From Candidatus Omnitrophota bacterium (GTDB taxonomy: Bacteria; Ratteibacteria; UBA8468; MWAK01), in contig JAZDPL010000010.1 of NCBI GenBank assembly GCA_043797665.1, forward strand, positions 1 to 20,919: DNA of 20,919 nt. The letters are read 5' to 3'. Positions 1 through 8,775 of the stretch are shown here, piece after piece (position 1 is the first letter of the stretch; each line of letters opens with the position of its first letter). The notes beneath the pieces were generated by a model that saw nothing but the letters and a program-made list of their open reading frames with translations, made no database searches and was not told the origin of the DNA. Made by a program: the position numbers and the translations under genes.

Positions 1-988
1 GCAGGTATTTAAGATAAGATAGACCACTGAATGCTATTCCGGTATGCTGACGGAGTTCCACGAGTGATTCCGGGAAGGCTAATAAGAAATACGGGTTGGT
101 GACAAAGAAAGCGAATAGGAAACCGGCAAATGATGTGATAATTTTATTCCACGCCCTTTCTCTTTTCAAAAAAGCGGAGAGAACCGGGATGACAAAAGAG
201 ACCACAAAAGGGATTTTATTGCCGGCGGCTAAACCAGTAAAGAGCCCTAACAAAAAATAAGATTTGTTACCAGGCTTTTTTTGTTCCGTTGAAAGGGATA
301 CGGCGTAATAAAGAGCTACGGTGACCCAAAAGAGACCCGGGATATCTACATACATATAATGAGTATTAATGAGTATTAAAGGGGAAATTGCAGTCAAAAG
401 ACCCGCGAATAAGCCAGCTCTTTCGTTTTTCCACAACTTTTTAGCGGTAAGATAGACAAACCAGACAATTCCGATTCCATAGAGAGCGGTAACCGTTCTG
501 CCGACGAGGTAAAACTTAGCCATCTCCTCTGGATGCAAGAAATAGAAGCCGATATCTGAGGATAATAAGATTAGATTTAGTTTTGCCAGGAGAAAGATAA
601 GTAAGGCAACCAAATAGAGATACGCACCGCCTACACCATACTGGTGTGGGTTAAAATCAAGATTTGCCGGGTCCATCGTGGAAATACTTTTTATGACGTA
701 ATATTCATCCGGATGGTAACTCCGGATAGGGTTATACCAGGAACGGGGTAATTTACGTCTGGCTTCTTCCGGGTGCTGAGCCAGATAGGCGCCCATCCCT
801 TTGGAAGCCGTTTCTAAAGGGTATTTTTTAATTTCTTCCCCACGTTTTGCGGCCGCCTCTTTACTGCTAAAATAGAGCTGATTGGTCTGAACCGAAGGTA
901 ATCCCCACCGAATACCTGCAAAGTTCGTCCCGATTGCCAAAAAGATAATAAGTAAAACCCAGGGTTTGGTTTCAATCTTTTCTTTCAT
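1..988 (-). CDS. GT-C fold membrane glycosyltransferase (PMT/ArnT-like, GT39/GT83); 3' end runs off the window
   Basis: Not in the ORF track because it has no stop in the window. Manual translation from ATG 988: MKEKIETKPWVLLIIFLAIGTNFAGIRWGLP...RSYHPDEYYVIK...DFNPHQYGVGGAYLY..., then several hydrophobic helices. The HPDE acidic motif in the first external loop is typical of GT-C. Overlaps the end of the upstream methyltransferase by 17 nt. Confidence 0.85.
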   Translation of the reverse strand, partial: MKEKIETKPWVLLIIFLAIGTNFAGIRWGLPSVQTNQLYFSSKEAAAKRGEEIKKYPLETASKGMGAYLAQHPEEARRKLPRSWYNPIRSYHPDEYYVIKSISTMDPANLDFNPHQYGVGGAYLYLVALLIFLLAKLNLILLSSDIGFYFLHPEEMAKFYLVGRTVTALYGIGIVWFVYLTAKKLWKNERAGLFAGLLTAISPLILINTHYMYVDIPGLFWVTVALYYAVSLSTEQKKPGNKSYFLLGLFTGLAAGNKIPFVVSFVIPVLSAFLKRERAWNKIITSFAGFLFAFFVTNPYFLLAFPESLVELRQHTGIAFSGLSYLKYL

Positions 989-1574
989 CTGAGACTCTTT
1001 CCCCGATGACCGCGATAGTAGGAGATAGTTCGGGAAGAAAATACAAAAAATAAGTAGTTAACCTTTTGAGAAATAATGGTGCCGGGATACCATCGAATCC
1101 TAAACCTCTAATCTTATAGGTCCACCCTTTTCTTTTTTTTAAAAAATCCTTCAATGACTTCACACTGTACCTTAAAATATGGTTCTTGTCCTTCCGGAAG
1201 TGGGGACTGAACGGGTTTGGCATGGTAATTACTATCTTTTTTTTACTGATTTTTTCCAGTTTCCGGATAATGTTTAGATCAGGCAAATGTTCTAAGATTT
1301 CTGAGGCCCATACATAATCAAAAGAATTGTCCGTAAACGGTAAATCCCCATTGACGTCCATCTTTTGAAGGCCGTCGTAAACCTTCAAGTTCTTTGCTAT
1401 TTCCAATAAATAATCGTCTATATCTACTCCGAATAAAAAAGAACTTCTTTCTCTCAATTTCGGTCCATATTCTCCTGGACCACAACCCAGATCTAAACAT
1501 TTACCTCTCTCTATTGTTTTTCCGATCAGCCATATCTTGCGCCATTCCGGGAGTTTTTTACTGTAATCCTTCAT
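972..1574 (-). CDS. Class I SAM-dependent methyltransferase (Methyltransf_11-like)
   Basis: Motif I CLDLGCGPG, GVDID, LPFTDNSFDYVWASEILEHL. Start moved from the track's 1655 to ATG 1574 (MKDYSKK), 2 nt after the GT4 stop, which removes a long overlap. Confidence 0.85.
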   Translation of the reverse strand: MKDYSKKLPEWRKIWLIGKTIERGKCLDLGCGPGEYGPKLRERSSFLFGVDIDDYLLEIAKNLKVYDGLQKMDVNGDLPFTDNSFDYVWASEILEHLPDLNIIRKLEKISKKKIVITMPNPFSPHFRKDKNHILRYSVKSLKDFLKKRKGWTYKIRGLGFDGIPAPLFLKRLTTYFLYFLPELSPTIAVIGERVSDERKD

Positions 1575-1576
1575 CG

Positions 1577-2662
1577 TTATTGAATATCCGCGACCCTTTT
1601 TAGTATTTCCATAAACCGGTGAGCAGATTCTTCCCAGGAAAATCTTTGTGCCCACAAAAGAGCCTTTTTTTCCATTACCCTTCTGCCTTTTTCATCGCTG
1701 ATGAGGTTTTTTATCTTCTTGCTGAGTATCTGAAAATCTCCGTAGGGAAATAGTAGACCGGTATCCCCGTCAATAATAGAGTCTTTAATCCCTCCGACAT
1801 TACTTCCAATTACGATGGTCCCGCAAGCATTGGCTTCAATATTGGTTATACTCCAACCTTCGACCATGCTCGGATTTACTACCAGCCACGCTCGTTGTAA
1901 GTACTCAATCTTCTCTTTTTCGGAAATGAAACCTTTGAATATCACCTTCTTTAGCTGTAAACGTCCCGCCATTTCTTTTAAACTCTTTCCCTCATCACCA
2001 CTACCCAAAATATAAAAAGTTATGAGTTCATCTTTCAAGAGAGCGGCTGTTTTTAACAGAATATCGACACTTTTATATCTTTTCAACCGGCCAATAAAAA
2101 CCACCTCTGGATTGCCACTCTTTTCTTTGGGGAAATATTTTTTCAAGTCAATCCCAGGGTAGATAATTTTCCCTTCTCGGCAGAACATTCGCTTGATATC
2201 TTCATTAGAACTTGGAGAAATGGTTACGATTGGTATATTCCGGTAAACAATCGGCATGGCCATCATTTCCAGAAAATAGCCGCACCAGGAGAAGGGAAAT
2301 ATCATTTCTTTACGCCAGACATTCTGGTGGATATGATAAATGAGGAGGACCTTTTTAGCCTTGGCAAAGAGCGGTGTGAAAAATGGTATTCCATTTTCAG
2401 CGTCAATGATCACCTCGGGCCTTTTTATTAAAAGATATTTCAAGGGCGCCAGCAGATACATGGTTACTCTATTGCCTATCCTGATTATTTCAATACCATC
2501 AACAATCTCCTTCTTTTGGAAACACCCCTTCCACCCGCTACAAATCCAAGTGACGTGATGACCGTTCTGAACCCAGATTTTTGCTTGTTCCTGAAGAAAG
2601 AACTCCGAACCTCCTGCTTGAGGATGTTTAAGGTCACGCCAATTAAAGATTAAGATACGCAT
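1577..2662 (-). CDS. Glycosyltransferase family 4 (GT-B)
   Basis: N-terminal MRILIFNWRDLKHPQAGGSE, FIGRLKRYK, EX7E motif EGWSITNIEANACG, GSNVGGIKDSIIDGDTGLL. Confidence 0.92.
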   Translation of the reverse strand: MRILIFNWRDLKHPQAGGSEFFLQEQAKIWVQNGHHVTWICSGWKGCFQKKEIVDGIEIIRIGNRVTMYLLAPLKYLLIKRPEVIIDAENGIPFFTPLFAKAKKVLLIYHIHQNVWRKEMIFPFSWCGYFLEMMAMPIVYRNIPIVTISPSSNEDIKRMFCREGKIIYPGIDLKKYFPKEKSGNPEVVFIGRLKRYKSVDILLKTAALLKDELITFYILGSGDEGKSLKEMAGRLQLKKVIFKGFISEKEKIEYLQRAWLVVNPSMVEGWSITNIEANACGTIVIGSNVGGIKDSIIDGDTGLLFPYGDFQILSKKIKNLISDEKGRRVMEKKALLWAQRFSWEESAHRFMEILKRVADIQ

Positions 2663-2664
2663 AC

Positions 2665-3525
2665 CTAATATTTAATCAAATATCTACCCTCGTATTTACC
2701 GAATTTTTCCTTTATGAATTCCACGGTTTTCTCAGGTGGCATCTCTAAAACAGATTCCATGTCCGAGTTCCATGGAAATTTTTTCTTTCGATCAACTTTA
2801 TATCGATAGCCTTTGTCATAGGCTTCTTCAGGAGTAAGGGGTTTATTTTTATTGATTTCCTTTGGTATAAGAAAAGCATTGCAATAGTGGAGTTCCACCA
2901 AATCATATTCATATTTTTTGCAGAGTGAATATAACTGCGATATGCTTTGTCCATAAAAATGGTCCTTCGCCCAAATGTGATTGGGGTCATAAAATACTGT
3001 GAATTTTATCGGTGGGGGTATCTTTTCGTTAATTTCCACACAGATTAAAGAAGGCCTGTACTCGACCAATATAGCGTCCAAAACATAATAATCATAACTA
3101 TCTATGTCCAAACTCAAAAGCGAGAAATCCAAAGGAGTAAAACAGCTTTTTAGAAGATACCTCACATTGTCTGGTGTTGCTTTGACTTTTAAAAGATTTA
3201 CATTGGGGGAATTTTTGTATATTATGCTGAGTTTAGTAAATTTTTCATCAGTAAATTCAATTGCTGCTCCCCTCCAATTATTTCGGTATAGAAAGTAAGT
3301 ATTGGACATTGTAACGCCATCAGAAGCTCCGATATCGACCACAAAATTATTTTTTAATGCCATTTGCTGCAAATATTTTTTGATTACCTCTTCTTCTAAA
3401 AAGCAGGAATACCAGGTTTTCTCGGATGTTATTCTAAAAACTTTTAGCACATAATGTTTTAAAATTCTTTTTATAGTTGATTTTGAATATTTATTCATAT
3501 ATTGCCTTATCGAATATTTATTCAT
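2665..3525 (-). CDS. FkbM-like methyltransferase-fold protein (start may be 3525 or 3498)
   Basis: VVDIGASDGVTMSNT (SAM-binding motif I variant), AAIE, LLSLDIDSYDY, RPSLICVEIN. The gene is AT-rich and its N-terminal MNKYS is duplicated. Confidence 0.65.
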   Translation of the reverse strand: MNKYSIRQYMNKYSKSTIKRILKHYVLKVFRITSEKTWYSCFLEEEVIKKYLQQMALKNNFVVDIGASDGVTMSNTYFLYRNNWRGAAIEFTDEKFTKLSIIYKNSPNVNLLKVKATPDNVRYLLKSCFTPLDFSLLSLDIDSYDYYVLDAILVEYRPSLICVEINEKIPPPIKFTVFYDPNHIWAKDHFYGQSISQLYSLCKKYEYDLVELHYCNAFLIPKEINKNKPLTPEEAYDKGYRYKVDRKKKFPWNSDMESVLEMPPEKTVEFIKEKFGKYEGRYLIKY

Positions 3526-3526
3526 A
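3485..3526. repeat. 15-bp direct repeat GAATATTTATTCATA (3485-3499 and 3512-3526)
   Basis: Two exact copies with 27-nt period. Each encodes MNKYS on the minus strand. Confidence 0.85.
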
Positions 3527-4207
3527 GAATAGATGAATGATCTGCCGGCCGTATGAGAAGAATGCGCGTCTAAATTTAAATTTGGAATGTCCTTTTATTC
3601 TACTCTTCCAGAGGGTTGGGACGTCAACAATCTTGTATCCTTTCTTCCAGAAATTTACTGCTAATTCAAGGGAGAGGGCAAACCCTTTTTCCCGGGGTTT
3701 CATCTTCAAGAGAATCTCCCGGCGATAAATCTTAAAAGCGTTGCTGGCGTCTGTCGTTGGGATACGAAAGAAAAGGTGTAAAAATTTGTTTATCACAAAG
3801 GAAAAGAATCCCTGCAATTTTGGTCCGCTGTCTTTTCCGCCTCCCGTGATATAACGTGAACCGCAGACAAGGTCATATCCCTCTTGAAATTCAGCGACCA
3901 TTCCCGGAATGGTTGTCGGGTCGTCGCAGGCATCCGCCATTACCACTACCACTGCGTCTCCCCGGGCAGACTGAAATCCGGTCCAGAGCGCTGAGGCAAA
4001 ACCCGGGTTATTAGTATTATCAATCAGTTTTACTGCCGGAAGAATACGAATTAAATCTTGTACTTTTTGAGAGGTACGGTCAGTGGAATGGTCATTAACC
4101 ACGAGCGTTTCGTGAGGCAAATCGTTCAGGGTTTTCTCCAATTCGATTACAGTTGGAACGATGTTTTCTTCTTCATTCCGGGCTGGAATAACGATTGAAA
4201 TCAGCAT
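3518..4207 (-). CDS. Glycosyltransferase family 2, DPM1-like (polyprenyl-phosphate sugar synthase type)
   Basis: ISIVIPARNEEENI, VVNDHSTDRT, MADACDDP (DxD region), DLVCGSRY, TDASNAFKIYRR. Confidence 0.9.
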   Translation of the reverse strand: MLISIVIPARNEEENIVPTVIELEKTLNDLPHETLVVNDHSTDRTSQKVQDLIRILPAVKLIDNTNNPGFASALWTGFQSARGDAVVVVMADACDDPTTIPGMVAEFQEGYDLVCGSRYITGGGKDSGPKLQGFFSFVINKFLHLFFRIPTTDASNAFKIYRREILLKMKPREKGFALSLELAVNFWKKGYKIVDVPTLWKSRIKGHSKFKFRRAFFSYGRQIIHLFYE

Positions 4208-4220
4208 TTAGGGGAACCCC

Positions 4221-5330
4221 TTATAGGAGGCCCTTTTGGACCAGTTCGGCTTGTGCCTGAAGGAACTTATCTTCAGCCGGCGTGTCCATCGCCCAGGATA
4301 TCAGATTTTTAATCCCTTCCTCAAACCTGACTTCCGGCCGCCAGCCTACTTTCTCTTTAATCTTGCCGATGTCGGCAAAGCAGTGCCGGACATCACCTTT
4401 CCGGAATTTTCCGGTTATCTGCGGTTCTATCCTTTTATTTAAACTGTGAGCCAGGGTTCGGGCGATATCCGCAATTTTTAAGGGACACCCGCTTCCGACA
4501 TTGAAGATTTCGTAATTTGCGGCTTCTTTTTTTAAACACCGGGAAAGAGCCTGGCAGACATCAGAGACAAAGACAAAGTCCCGGGTCTGCCCGCCGTCTT
4601 CATAGATAATGGGAGGCTGGTCATTCTTGAGCCGGGAAAGGAAAATAGCCGCCACTCCGGTATACGGATTGGAAAGCGACTGGCGGGGTCCGTAGACATT
4701 AAAGAAACGGAGAACCACGGTTGGAATGCGATAGGTGTGGCCAAAGATTAAACTCATTTCTTCCTGAACTTTCTTGGTCAGGGCATAGATGGAGTTACTC
4801 TTCAAAGGTGTACTCTCCGGAGTAGGTAAAGGTTTTAAAGGCACTTTACATTTTGGGCAGGTCGGTTCCCATTTCTTGCCGGCCAACTGCTTTTCAGGAC
4901 GCAGGTCCGGCTTAATTGGACCGCAACGCCGGCACCGGTACACTCCCTCCCCATAACCACTCATTGAGGCGGCCACGATTACCTTGGTAACCTGGTGTTT
5001 TTCGTTGGCCAAGATATCAAAAAGGTTGGCGGTTCCTCCGATATTGGTCTCAACATAGCGTTTAATCTGGTACTGTGACTGACCTACCCCTACCCGTGCG
5101 GCTAAATGAAAAATTGCCTCACAACCCTTAATGGATTTTTGTAACTGACCCCGGTTCCTCACGTCCCCGCGGAAGAATTCCGCCTTCCGGTTGAGATAAT
5201 CCGGCTTTCTGCCTTGATGCACCTGGGATTCCAGATTATCCAGGATGCGTACGGTAAACCCCTCTTTTACCAGAAGGTCAACCAGATGGCTTCCGATAAA
5301 ACCTGCCCCGCCGGTTACCAGAACCTTCAT
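4221..5330 (-). CDS. NAD-dependent nucleotide-sugar epimerase/dehydratase (extended SDR) with a CxxC...CxxC insert
   Basis: TGGAGFIG, HLAA, catalytic YALTK, LRFFNVYGPRQ, TRDFVFV. Insert CRRC...CPKC. ATGA overlap with the upstream gene at 5327-5330. Confidence 0.92.
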   Translation of the reverse strand: MKVLVTGGAGFIGSHLVDLLVKEGFTVRILDNLESQVHQGRKPDYLNRKAEFFRGDVRNRGQLQKSIKGCEAIFHLAARVGVGQSQYQIKRYVETNIGGTANLFDILANEKHQVTKVIVAASMSGYGEGVYRCRRCGPIKPDLRPEKQLAGKKWEPTCPKCKVPLKPLPTPESTPLKSNSIYALTKKVQEEMSLIFGHTYRIPTVVLRFFNVYGPRQSLSNPYTGVAAIFLSRLKNDQPPIIYEDGGQTRDFVFVSDVCQALSRCLKKEAANYEIFNVGSGCPLKIADIARTLAHSLNKRIEPQITGKFRKGDVRHCFADIGKIKEKVGWRPEVRFEEGIKNLISWAMDTPAEDKFLQAQAELVQKGLL

Positions 5331-6352
5331 CTATTCTCCCTTGGGGTTGTTAAATAACCCCTCAACCACGAAAGGAGTTTTTGCAGGCCTTCTTCTTTCG
5401 GTACCAGAATCTGCCAGGCTAATTCTTTTTGTGCCTTTCTAATGTCGGAAATATAGACGTGCTGGTCTCCGGGCCGCCAGCCTGAGAATTTATACCGCAC
5501 TTTTGTCTGGAGATGTTCTTCCAGCCAGGCAATCAATTCCAGGAGGGATAAAATATTGTCTTTTCCGCCGCCGACGTTGAAAACATTTTCCTTAACCGTA
5601 TCGGCCTTTTTTCTCCCTGATTCAAACACTGAAATCAAATCGTCTACAAAGAGGATATCGCGCACCTGTTTGCCGTCGCCATAAATGGTGATTTCATCAC
5701 TTTTGAGCGCACAGAGCATGATGTAGGCGACCCAACCCTGGTCTTCGTTGCCAAACTGGTGCGGACCATAGACGCAACTCTGACGGAAGACTATTGTCTT
5801 AAGACCATAGATACGGCTGTAGTCGCGCACGTACTGGTCGGCCGCCCCCTTGGAGCAACCGTAAGGAGAAAAGAAATCAAGGTTCATCGCCTCATTAATT
5901 CCCTCCGGCAAATCCGTTAGGAGATAACGGTTGGTTTTTTCAGACCGGGCAAGGTTTTGGAGACCTCCATAAACCTTGTTGGTGGAAGAAAAAATAAAGA
6001 CCGCTTCCGGATTCTCTCTGCGCACTGCCTCTAAGAGATTCAGGGTGCCTCCGGCGTTAATCTCGAAATCGGTTATCGGGTCAACAACGCTGGTGGTAAC
6101 CGCTACCTGAGCCGCCAAGTGATAGATGAGGTCTGTTTTCTTTACCGCAGAGACCACCGCTTTATAATTACGGATATCGGCCTGAATGAATTTGACATTC
6201 GGGTGTATTTTCTGCAGCCAGGCTAAATTCTTTTCACTGCCGGGCCGGGAAAGATTATCCAGGATGACGACATCATCCTTGTTCTGTTTTAAAAGGTGGT
6301 GGGCTAAATTGACCCCGATAAACCCGGCACCCCCGGTAATTAAGACTTTCAT
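5327..6352 (-). CDS. NAD-dependent epimerase, CDP-tyvelose/paratose 2-epimerase (RfbE)-like
   Basis: TGGAGFIG, HLAAQVAVTTS, FSSTNKVYG, PYGCSKGAADQY, FRQSCVYG, EDQGWVA, WRPGDQ: motifs characteristic of the CDP-tyvelose epimerase subfamily. The substrate is not proven. Confidence 0.88.
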   Translation of the reverse strand: MKVLITGGAGFIGVNLAHHLLKQNKDDVVILDNLSRPGSEKNLAWLQKIHPNVKFIQADIRNYKAVVSAVKKTDLIYHLAAQVAVTTSVVDPITDFEINAGGTLNLLEAVRRENPEAVFIFSSTNKVYGGLQNLARSEKTNRYLLTDLPEGINEAMNLDFFSPYGCSKGAADQYVRDYSRIYGLKTIVFRQSCVYGPHQFGNEDQGWVAYIMLCALKSDEITIYGDGKQVRDILFVDDLISVFESGRKKADTVKENVFNVGGGKDNILSLLELIAWLEEHLQTKVRYKFSGWRPGDQHVYISDIRKAQKELAWQILVPKEEGLQKLLSWLRGYLTTPRENR

Positions 6353-6359
6353 AGTATAC

Positions 6360-6470
6360 TGTCATTCTTCACCCCTGTATGCTATACACAGGGGTGAAGA
6401 ATCTCGAGATTCTTCGCTACGCTCAGAATGACACAAAGCGAAGGACTCAGGATGACCCCTAAAGGTCATC
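6360..6470. repeat. Composite TGTCA-ended palindromic repeat element
   Basis: Terminal inverted repeats TGTCATTCT (6360-6368) and AGAATGACA (6425-6433). Perfect 15-bp stem 6364-6378/6388-6402. Perfect 20-bp palindrome 6396-6415. 6405-6433 is identical to 9521-9549, and 6437-6456 matches 9551-9570 at 19/20. Confidence 0.85.
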
Positions 6471-6487
6471 TGATTATTGTAGCCGAT

Positions 6488-8026
6488 TCAGCCTTCTTTT
6501 GTAAAATGGTAAACTTCCATAAAATAGTACTGGGATTCGGGTTTCCCCCTGAGTCTGGCTAAAAAGGAATCGTTCCTGAGCATCTTTTTTTCAGTCATCT
6601 TCACCATTTTACCTTCCCTCTCCAATTTAAAGAAAAAGGATTTCATCTCTTCGTTCCATTCCCGGTTCGCACCATACCGGAGGAGCAGCCAGAAACCCTG
6701 ATAATTACCTGTGATTTCGGTCAGCGTTCCGGTAAGGTCATTGGTTACAGCGGGATTTATTTCTTTCAAAGGAAGTCCCCCGCGATAATACCAGTCCCAT
6801 CCCGAATAAGGAGGAAAGAATTGCGCAAAACGCCGGTCTCTGCTATCACCGGTAAAGAGAATTACCTCTCCGTCTGTTCCTGCTCTTTCTATCTCCCGGC
6901 TTATCTGGCGGTAAGGAACCAATTTGCTCACATCATGGTACTGGAGGCTGTCCCCACGATAATAGTAATAGAGTGACGGCAGGAAGACCAGGGGCAATAG
7001 AACGGATAAACCTATTCGGCACGGTCTTTTGGCAATGTTGTTTATTCCCGAAGCGATTATCAGAAAGAAGAAAGGCTGGAGATGAATCAAATTCTGGGGA
7101 ATGGTTGCCGGAATCAGGAAGACCACCAAAAGGGCTAAGGATAAAACGATATAACTGAAAGCCAGAATTGGTTCGTTCGTCTTAGGGGTTGTCTGCGACA
7201 ACCCCTTACGGCTAAAGCTTGCCAGGAAAGAAAAAAGGAATAGAATTAAACCCGGTAAGACAAACTTGAGGTTAAGAGGAGAGACCGTCTCCCCTAAAAC
7301 AAAGTAGTAAAAAGTGTAGACTAACCTTAAGAAAGGATTGGTAACCGAATGAGTTGCCTGATGCACAAAATGGATTTGAGAAAAGAGCGGTCCGGCAGAG
7401 TAAGACAGGTAACCGAGCAGAATAATTCCAGCAACCGGTAACCAGCCCTTTTTGGGATAGTTTTTTTCAAAAAAGAAAAGCCCGGTCAAAACTTCCCCGG
7501 CGAAAATCAGCATTCCGTAGTTGTGAAGACAAAGTATTATCATAGTGGTAATGAACCAGATCAGACCAAAGGAAACGCGTCTTATTTCCTGAAAGGCAAA
7601 GAAGAAATAGACCGAGAGGAGACCGAATAAGGTAAGGAGACTGTAAGATTTAAGAATCTGGGACCATAGGACTGCAGCCGGTGAAAGAACAAATAATGTC
7701 AGGGGTAAAAGGATATTCCCCTTCCAGAAACGTTTCAGAAAGAGATAAAAAACAAGCAGGCTGAGGATTCCGGAAATTGCCGAAACAGACCTTAAAACCG
7801 GCTCACTCTGTCCGGCTTTCATCAGGAAATGAACGATTCCGTAAAAGAGAGGCGGATGGGCGTCATTCCTTATCACCCAGCAAGCCATATCCGTTAGGCG
7901 CAACTTCCCTAAAGATATTGCCAGAAACTCATCGCACCAGAAAGAATGGTTTCCTAAGTAAAAGAATCGCAATAAGATACCCAGTAAAATAAAAAAGAAG
8001 GCGTAAGTATTAAGGCGTTTTTTCAT
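6488..8026 (-). CDS. GT-C fold membrane glycosyltransferase (PMT/ArnT-like, GT39/GT83)
   Basis: N-terminal TM helix, then SFWCDE and DAHPPLFY motifs, many hydrophobic segments and a soluble C-terminal domain. ATGA overlap with the GT2 at 8023-8026. Confidence 0.85.
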   Translation of the reverse strand: MKKRLNTYAFFFILLGILLRFFYLGNHSFWCDEFLAISLGKLRLTDMACWVIRNDAHPPLFYGIVHFLMKAGQSEPVLRSVSAISGILSLLVFYLFLKRFWKGNILLPLTLFVLSPAAVLWSQILKSYSLLTLFGLLSVYFFFAFQEIRRVSFGLIWFITTMIILCLHNYGMLIFAGEVLTGLFFFEKNYPKKGWLPVAGIILLGYLSYSAGPLFSQIHFVHQATHSVTNPFLRLVYTFYYFVLGETVSPLNLKFVLPGLILFLFSFLASFSRKGLSQTTPKTNEPILAFSYIVLSLALLVVFLIPATIPQNLIHLQPFFFLIIASGINNIAKRPCRIGLSVLLPLVFLPSLYYYYRGDSLQYHDVSKLVPYRQISREIERAGTDGEVILFTGDSRDRRFAQFFPPYSGWDWYYRGGLPLKEINPAVTNDLTGTLTEITGNYQGFWLLLRYGANREWNEEMKSFFFKLEREGKMVKMTEKKMLRNDSFLARLRGKPESQYYFMEVYHFTKEG

Positions 8027-8727
8027 TTCAGGCGGAGTCTGATCAAAATAAGTTCTTTCAGCATCCGTAAGGGGTCGCGCCAGAGTACCACTTTACTTTC
8101 CCGTGAATTGCTCCAGAAAACCGGCACCTCTTTTACCCGGTATCCTGATATCTTGGCGCGTAACAGGATTTCCACGTCAAAGGAGAACCCCTTTGTTTTC
8201 AGGAGTGAAAACAACTGATAAGCCGCTTCTCGGCGGAACATCTTAAAACCGCACTGAGTATCGCGGAAATTTTTGATTACCAGACGGTGTACAAGAGAGG
8301 GATAAAACTGTCCAAGTACACTGCGGTACCACGGTTGGCGGATTAAAATCAGCTCGGGCAGGCTCCGGGAACCGATGGCGATGTCAGCCCCTCCTTCTTT
8401 TAAGGCGTGCCATAACTTAGGCAGTTCCGTAATGGGAGTGGAGAGGTCACTATCGGTAAAGAGAATGTAATCTCCCCTGGCTTCAAGGACACCCCTGCGA
8501 ACCGCATACCCTTTTCCGTGATTTTGGTCGTTACGTACCAGTCTGACTCCCGGATATTGTTTTGATGCCTGGAGTACTATTTCACCGGTGGCATCCCTGG
8601 AACCATCGTCAGACACAATTATTTCAAAAGAAGTGCCTTTTCCCTGGAGGTAACCAACTATTTTCCCCAGAGTTTCCGGCAGTCTTTTGGCTTCATTGTA
8701 AGCCGGAATAACAATTGAAATATCCAT
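8023..8727 (-). CDS. Glycosyltransferase family 2, dolichyl/polyprenyl-phosphate beta-glucosyltransferase (ALG5/DPG synthase)-like
   Basis: ISIVIPAYNEAKRL, SDDGSRD, NHGKGYAVRRG, FTDSDLSTPI, IAIGSR, DTQCGFKMF, FSFDVEIL. Confidence 0.92.
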   Translation of the reverse strand: MDISIVIPAYNEAKRLPETLGKIVGYLQGKGTSFEIIVSDDGSRDATGEIVLQASKQYPGVRLVRNDQNHGKGYAVRRGVLEARGDYILFTDSDLSTPITELPKLWHALKEGGADIAIGSRSLPELILIRQPWYRSVLGQFYPSLVHRLVIKNFRDTQCGFKMFRREAAYQLFSLLKTKGFSFDVEILLRAKISGYRVKEVPVFWSNSRESKVVLWRDPLRMLKELILIRLRLK

Positions 8728-8740
8728 TAATTTACCTAAA

Positions 8741-8775
8741 ATATAGATTCCCGCTTAAAACATGCGGGAATGACA
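8741..8775. repeat. TGTCA-ended palindrome ATATAG-ATTCCCGC-N9-GCGGGAAT-GACA
   Basis: 8-bp stem 8747-8754/8764-8771. Shares ATATAGATTC and GAATGACA ends with the 9491-9571 element. Contains the deacetylase stop codon in its loop. Confidence 0.75.

Noticed and set aside
1575..1655. Track start at 1655 for the methyltransferase
   Set aside because: It would overlap GT4 by 79 nt; ATG 1574 lies 2 nt after the GT4 stop and fits better.
4210..4221. AGGGG-AA-CCCCT mini-hairpin between the epimerase and GT2
   Set aside because: Only a 5-bp stem with a 2-nt loop and a single copy; could be chance.
8747..8771. Neisseria dRS3 repeat (ATTCCC-N8-GGGAAT)
   Set aside because: The spacer here is 13 nt rather than 8; it fits the local TGTCA family better.
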